A stretch of DNA of 32,539 nucleotides, taken from contig CAJVPI010000372.1 of NCBI GenBank assembly GCA_910592345.1, positions 1 to 32,539 of the forward strand, in the 5' to 3' direction. The position numbers and the translations under genes were made by a program. The notes beneath the pieces are model-generated. The model made no database searches. It was not told the origin of the DNA and saw nothing but the letters and a program-made list of their open reading frames with translations. Positions 26,277 through 32,539 of the stretch are shown here, in pieces (the first letter of the stretch is position 1; each line of letters begins with the position of its first letter). The stretch comes from Paraglomus brasilianum (lineage: Eukaryota).

Positions 26277-27719
26277 TCACACTCCGAATGAATAGTATTG
26301 ATGGATATTACTCAGTCTCTCGGGACCCGTCGCGGTGATATCCAATTTTCTTCCATGAACTCGGTCCGCTCTGACCCCATCTTTTCTTTCCATCTTGGCG
26401 TAATACCATCTTCGTCCATAATTCTTTACTATCTCCCAACCGGGAAGAGTGCCCAATTTGCCCAACAATGCCTGAGACAATTCGATTGTGTGTATTTGAT
26501 GCAATTCGTTTTTGATCAGATTGGACAATAGCGTGTTCGTTGTGATTAGGTTTAGACAAGGAATGTTTGTCAAGTCGACATATTCGAGTTGAGGCATCGA
26601 AGAAAGAAAATCTGTGATGCACGCGAGTGAAGTGATTGGTGCGTTGGCAATTCCAAGTTTTTTCAATTTTGGTGAACAATTCTCTTTAACAGCGCGCAGT
26701 ACGCTCGGCATGATGTAAGTCGATCCGATATCCAATGTTTCGATATTCTTCATAATCGGTAACCTCATAATACGAATTAAGCTTTGTTCAGTCAATGCAG
26801 TGGTGACCGGTCTGTCCGCATACACGTTCAAGTTAACCAGCGACTGACATTGCTCGATGAAACTCGCGATACCCTCAGATGACAGGGCCTTACACTTGGC
26901 AATCGACAAATGTGTCAACTTGTTTGGAATATTGGTATGGTCCATCATGAATCGCAATGTAACGTCTGTAATCGAACATCCACCCACGTCCAAGTGGGTA
27001 AGATTGGGTGAGTGAGAGAGAAGTGGAATAATGACGTTGTACTCGCCCAGGGTTGTGCATTCGTGTAGAGATAGCCGTTTAATGTGTGGAAAGAGAGAAG
27101 CGGGAGCGACAAACTTGTAGCCGAATTCGTCGTAGGTTATTTGAGTTCTGCCCATTTGTGCGGTCAGCCTATTCATTGCGTCAGTGAAGGTTTTCCTCGA
27201 ACATCCGCAAAAATCGATTGTCTTGATGTTTGTGCATTCAAAGAATAGCGTTTTCAACACATCGAAAGTGAGAGCTTCCTCCAGAGACTCGGAAACAGAC
27301 AAGGATTCCAAAAAGGAGCATGCGCGGAATATTTTGATCAATGTGGCTGGATCGACTATGTTCTGCAATGCTGCGTAACTCTTTTGTAATCCTATGGTTG
27401 AGAATGCAGACAGGTCAAGGTGTTTGATCCATTGAGTGCGATAAGTTGGATAATTGATGGTATCCGCAAAGAGCGAAAAGTTGTACGGGAATGTAAAAGA
27501 AACGGTCGAATAAAGTATTGGAGTAACATGGAGATTAAAGGTGCTGTTTACTCGGGCACAGGCAGCAAGTGCTTGCCTGTCGTCTTTGAGGAAGGAGAGA
27601 ACGACCCGGATGATTTCGGGAGGAATGTACGGAATGCGAGTGGGGTTGATAATGAGAGCGGGAGATTGAGCAGGATCGAAGATGTTGTCGGTGCAGGAGC
27701 GGAGTAAAACTGCAGACAT
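26277..27719 (-). CDS. F-box/leucine-rich-repeat (RNI-like) protein, intronless
   Basis: The first in-frame ATG is at 27719 (MSAVLLRS); the ORF track starts earlier at a non-ATG codon. F-box IPPEIIRVVLSFL..ALAACARVNSTF..PILY, followed by LRRs (IKHLDLSAF, IKTIDFCGCS, IKRLSLHECT, LTHLDVGGC, LTHLSIAKC). It resembles the fungal YLR352W-like family as I recall it. Confidence 0.88.
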   Translation of the reverse strand: MSAVLLRSCTDNIFDPAQSPALIINPTRIPYIPPEIIRVVLSFLKDDRQALAACARVNSTFNLHVTPILYSTVSFTFPYNFSLFADTINYPTYRTQWIKHLDLSAFSTIGLQKSYAALQNIVDPATLIKIFRACSFLESLSVSESLEEALTFDVLKTLFFECTNIKTIDFCGCSRKTFTDAMNRLTAQMGRTQITYDEFGYKFVAPASLFPHIKRLSLHECTTLGEYNVIIPLLSHSPNLTHLDVGGCSITDVTLRFMMDHTNIPNKLTHLSIAKCKALSSEGIASFIEQCQSLVNLNVYADRPVTTALTEQSLIRIMRLPIMKNIETLDIGSTYIMPSVLRAVKENCSPKLKKLGIANAPITSLACITDFLSSMPQLEYVDLTNIPCLNLITTNTLLSNLIKNELHQIHTIELSQALLGKLGTLPGWEIVKNYGRRWYYAKMERKDGVRADRVHGRKLDITATGPERLSNIHQYYSFGV

Positions 27720-30700
27720 TGAAGATAAATTGTGGATTGCAATAGTGTATAAAAAACTTTTATCAGCTGTGATTGAATCGATAACTTTGTTATTAAGGTT
27801 ATCAGCGAAGATCAAAGTGGAGAAGCATGGGTTTGGGAGCGGGCTTTATATATTCGAGGGAGAAAATAAGCCGAATGGGGGATATTGTATATGTATGCAT
27901 TACCGATTGATTAACGTAATATATTATCCTTGTTGTGTATTTTTCGTAGACAATATGACGGCAGCTTTTCATGTCGGTTATTTGAGTATAAACAAACATA
28001 ATTATGTCATTGAATCACCATTGTCATGATAAGTGGCTGCTGTGTCTGCCGGTTGCCGAATATGGATGCATCGCATCAAGCGATACAAATAAGGCAGTTA
28101 ATAGTGATAATTGAATACAATAGGAAATTATAGTACGGTGTATGCGTTGCACAATAATAATAATAATACAGTGGACTTGCATTGTGGGGTATGCTATACG
28201 CAGCACTAATATGTTTATTGTTATTGGATTACCATACTATCCATCATACTATGAAAGAACTGCTCCTTATGGTTGTCCGAATCACAACAAAGATGCTGTT
28301 TCTCACGCCATTGTCACTAGTTATTACATTATAGGATGATCCCGATTTAAGCAACTACTATGATTGCTTGTCTTCTATTTATTTCAAGGTACATGTAATA
28401 GGAGTGTATACATGCATGCATATTCGTGGGAACGTTCATAAATCGGGAAGCCGGCAATTATCTGATTCTTTTATCCAATAAAGATTGAGAATTCGAGTGC
28501 ATTCATATGCGTTATTCTAATTGGCGGATGTTTTCCAGAAACAAGAGAGAGAGAGCGGAGAATGCCAGAATAGTCAATTTGAATGGGACATTTTTATTAC
28601 CTGATTTCACTGCTGTTGATTAGTCACCACCGGTTGGTCGAAACTTTTAAGCATCGGCCCGGCGTAGACACTGAGGGCTGACTGTTATTTCATCAGGTTT
28701 ATTCAAGAAGAAGAAAAAAAGTTATGGCTGAAGGTTTTGGATGCGCCAGCGTCGCTTAAACTATTGTCCGATGGGCTTAATACAATATATTGTCGCTATA
28801 CGAAATAGACGCATAGTTTGTATTGGCACTGTAAGGATGTAGCACTACAAATCAATGTCCGTTGCTTAATGATTAATACATTCGATCGAATCATCACAAA
28901 TTTAATCAAAGATTTATGATTTAGAATACCCTTTTTGATTATTTTACTCCTTCTATGGAGAAGACTCTACAACAGAAGCGTTGCAGGTGATAATCAATTG
29001 GACGACTGAAATGGGGACATGACATCTTATGACACGGTCTTTTGTCTTTAATTTTGGGTGACATCTTATTGGATCTACGGATTAAAATTATTTCTTTTTT
29101 GTCATCTTTTTTGTTGGGGGAGGGGAAAGGAGTGGGGGGCTTTTTTTCACTTCCCGCTCTGCATATCTAATATTTGGAAACAGCCCGATCCGTTGTTATA
29201 CAGAATATCCATTTAAGCATTAATAATGTTTTTATTTACATAAACCGTTTAATACGGCCGATAAAATAATAATGCTATTATGTTTGTTGTATTACTGATG
29301 ATGTATATAAATCATCCAAACAATTTATTCTGCCGACATATTATTGTAACGTGGCTTCCCATTATATTATCCTGTTCGTACGACCGCCTCCTCGTTCATA
29401 CAACCAATTATCTGATATGGCGCTAATTTTACCCTTTGTTTGGGATGTACATAATTTATATCTAAGGTTGTCTTGATCATCTTATCTCCATGACACATGA
29501 AAGCAACAATATTAGACTAATGCGCTGCTTGTTATGGAGTCGAAAAGTGTGGGGTAGAATAGGCGTAATTACCGATTGTCCTGTCGATGGTAAGTAAGTA
29601 CAGCATATGCATGGTCCATTGGTACCAACGGCAAGTAGAAAATAAAAAGTGCTAAAAATGGCGGGTAGTGATCACCGGAAAAAAGAAAGAAATAGAAAAA
29701 ATTCACATTGATAATATTAATAGATTAAGGCGGCTAACTATATAGATTATAAGATGGTATACATAACATACACCCTGTGCGATGTATACAGACTATAAAT
29801 ACTATCAAATATATACAGACTATACATGTGATGCAATTTATACACTGTAGTCTCTCTTTCATTTTGTAGTCGTCCCCATTGAAACAATGCTCCTTACACC
29901 CACATTAATCAATTGTTAATTCCCCACCTCCCAAATCTTATATATTCTGTGCTCCAACGTGACCCATCTCTCCTGAATAATTGGGAGCACATTGCAGTGT
30001 GCATGATCAAGAATGACTCACACCACCAAAGTCATTTATGTTCCATATTAACCAATCTACCAATTAAAATCTATTAGGCGCAATATAACAAAGTAATTCG
30101 ACGACACACAGGAGAATGCTCAAAGACTATCATTAGATTTAATATTTATGGTCACATATCCAGGAAACCACCGAAAACAGGCAACAGTCTTTACTCCCGA
30201 CCAGTAGTGAAATAAATGACAAAATCTTGCTTTCAATGCTCTTTGTTACAAACGATATCAATTTGATATTCTTTGAATAATATACCGTGTGAACAGTAAA
30301 GTTGTTGTCTATTGATATCGAATGATCGTTGATGTGAATTTGCCGTTATGACCTTTTTGTCTTTTTCTGGTTAGTTGTTATTAATAGTAAAAACATATTG
30401 AATTCGCATTGGCCGACAATATAATTCTAAGATTTTAGTTTTCATCAGGTTTCTATGCAACTGTAATGTAACATTCTGAAATCAGCCATCAACATATTTT
30501 ACTGTAGGAATGGAAGTTTACTTGCAGTCTTCTGGACCCGTCATAGAGACAACCGATCCCACGCCTGAAATGCACAAGCCAGCCAGCCAACGTACATTTA
30601 CGTAATATGTGATCAGCACACTCCTCCAAAGCACTTTCCGCTATTACTAATGCTCTCTCTCGCAGATATTGTGATGAAGGCTTAGTGGATAATTGACCAA

Positions 30701-32370
30701 TTTTTACTTTTTTGGCCATATTAGTATTAGTATTATATCAAACGTAAATTGAAACAGACTTTTTATCTGTAATTGTAACATACTTAATATAGAATTATAT
30801 ATATAACAGTAATATGAAACAGCACTATTAGAAGTATTGTAAAGAAAGAACAAGGTTTAAAATGAAATTTACCAAGAAGAACGAAAAATACAAAGCAATA
30901 AACGAACATTATCTGATGAACCAAGTAAAAAACGAAAACTAGAAGAAACGTAAAGAAAAGCAAGTTTAACATAAAAGTTCCCACTAAGGCCTCACTGATT
31001 GAGCGACCTATCAACGAAAGATCATTCCTTATAGTATTTGACTTCGTTGAGCTTTGATTCGCATTTCGCTATCTTGACACAATTGCAACCAAAGAGTCAA
31101 AATTACATAATAACATTTTTAATATCTTTATTATGAAATGCAACTGCTCTTGAATATAACAATAGAGCACCAGAGTGATTGCATGAGGATAATATTTGGA
31201 TCTAAAGCCATTTATGAGTATAACTATTCTTTGGTCACTCTGATGTCAATTTAAATTTCAATAATATTATCACTATTATTTTTATTTTTTTTCAGTTTTA
31301 GGTTTACTTCCCTTCATCAATCCAACATTGAATTACCACAATGGTTTTTTCCCGTGGATTGTTCTCTGTAGGTAAAAGTTTTGTATTATGAAGGCTACGA
31401 CAGCCCTCCCTTCGCCAAGTAACTTCTGAAGTTCAACCGCCATTTTAAAAATTTTAGTTCTTTCGTTCGTATAATTGTCTTGGGTCCTTCCACATTTTTC
31501 AATATCTAGCGAGTAAATTCTGTTCACTGGCGGTCTTGTTATTGGTCGTAACTTTCTAGTCTTAATTAATATTCCCTTATCGTAGAGTTAGCTATTATAA
31601 ATCATGCCATTCAGCCACAGGCCGAGAACGAGCCAATAAGTACTCCGAAAAGAATCCACTCGGGAAATTAAGCACTTTTTGCGAACGTTTATTGTTAGTT
31701 TGGATTTTGTTCAAGCAAGGTAAGCTTTACATTTTACAAAATTTATTGCGTTCGGTGTGATTATTCTAAATGTAAGCAAATGGTTTTGTTTCATAGAAAA
31801 CATTTATTTATTTACTAACGAACGCGTGGAAACAATAGTAATAGCAGTAATTGTGTAAACATCTATAGAAGATTTTAAATACGTCATGAGTTAAACCACT
31901 GATCTGCATTATACAAGCGGCTTTCGATAGGAAAAAAAAAGGCCTATAAGAAATATTTTTGCTGGACCTGATTTAAAATCTTATAACAAATAACTCTCGT
32001 AATGAAAGAAATTTGTTGGGTGCGACCACTTTCTTATATCGAGAACCGCTTGTATTAGCATCACGTCGCGCACAACGCATTTTCTCATCACAACAACGAA
32101 CAAAAAAGGCGACTATCTATTTTTCTTCCCCATAGTTGCAGCAATTTCCAAATATTAAGTAGGTCAGATTAAATCAATTGTCAGTTTTTCATTAGCATTA
32201 AACTATCTGTCATTCCACTTTTACTCGTCCATCAATGTTTGTTGTGTTTTGTTTTTTTAGATCTGATTCAGTATGGCTAGTTCTTTCATTAAGATGGGGA
32301 GGCACTTGTGACAGCTGAGAAATTTTAGAACAAAGAGAATTTGCGACAGAAGATACATGTACATACGCAA

Positions 32371-32539
32371 TACAGTCGAACCCCGTTATAACGAAATGCG
32401 CTATAACGAATTTTTGTTATACCGAAGCAAGTGTTCCTCTCCCTTTTTTTTCAATATTTAAGTTTGATCGTTATTACGAATTTTAATAGTAAACCTCGTT
32501 ATTCCGTTACCGAAGTTCGGTTGCAGGATTTTTGTATAT
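32371..32539 (+). mobile_element. Terminus of a pogo/Tigger-like (Tc1/mariner superfamily) DNA transposon or MITE; runs off the window
   Basis: TA at 32371-32372 is followed by CAGTCGAACCCCGTTATAACGAA. Subterminal repeats of the TATAACGAA core occur at 32385, 32401, 32416 and 32470, with a second AAACCTCGTTAT at 32491. TA plus CAGT..AACC.CG is the usual pogo/Tigger TIR pattern. Confidence 0.75.

Noticed and set aside
30489..30719. 76-aa minus-strand ORF with true ATG (MAKKVKIGQL...)
   Set aside because: No recognisable domain and no convincing downstream exon chain.
31314..31560. 64-aa minus-strand ORF, possible transposase fragment
   Set aside because: Non-ATG start, stops in the neighbouring frames and no DDE or other motif recognised.

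Overview
Intron-rich, AT-rich eukaryotic DNA that looks fungal; the gene set and intron style suggest an early-diverging fungus such as Mucoromycota/Glomeromycotina (inference). Genes, with exon chains assembled by hand from GT..AG sites: a truncated SURF4/ERV29 3' fragment at the left edge; the 15-exon Miro GTPase GEM1 (1066-4268); a compact 568-aa MMS22/Mus7-like protein behind tandem MCB (ACGCGT) boxes; a PPZ-type Ser/Thr phosphatase; ATP-dependent PEP carboxykinase PCK1 with an apparent mitochondrial presequence; a DUF4203-like membrane protein; a WD40/DUF2415 protein on the minus strand with a 13-nt micro-exon; and an F-box/LRR protein. The most interesting element is not a single ORF in the ORF track. 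At about 12930-13674 (+) is a frameshifted, deletion-riddled relic of an IS607-TnpB-like/Fanzor2 RNA-guided nuclease, carrying IDPG, IIPPFEVS, NEAYTSKTCSWCG, KCRNC and NGA..LRALLDG. It is followed by hairpins and a ...GTCGG terminus consistent with an omegaRNA/element right end, and preceded by a 47-bp tandem duplication. A pogo/Tigger-type DNA-transposon end begins at 32371. All family assignments come from motif recognition, not database searches.
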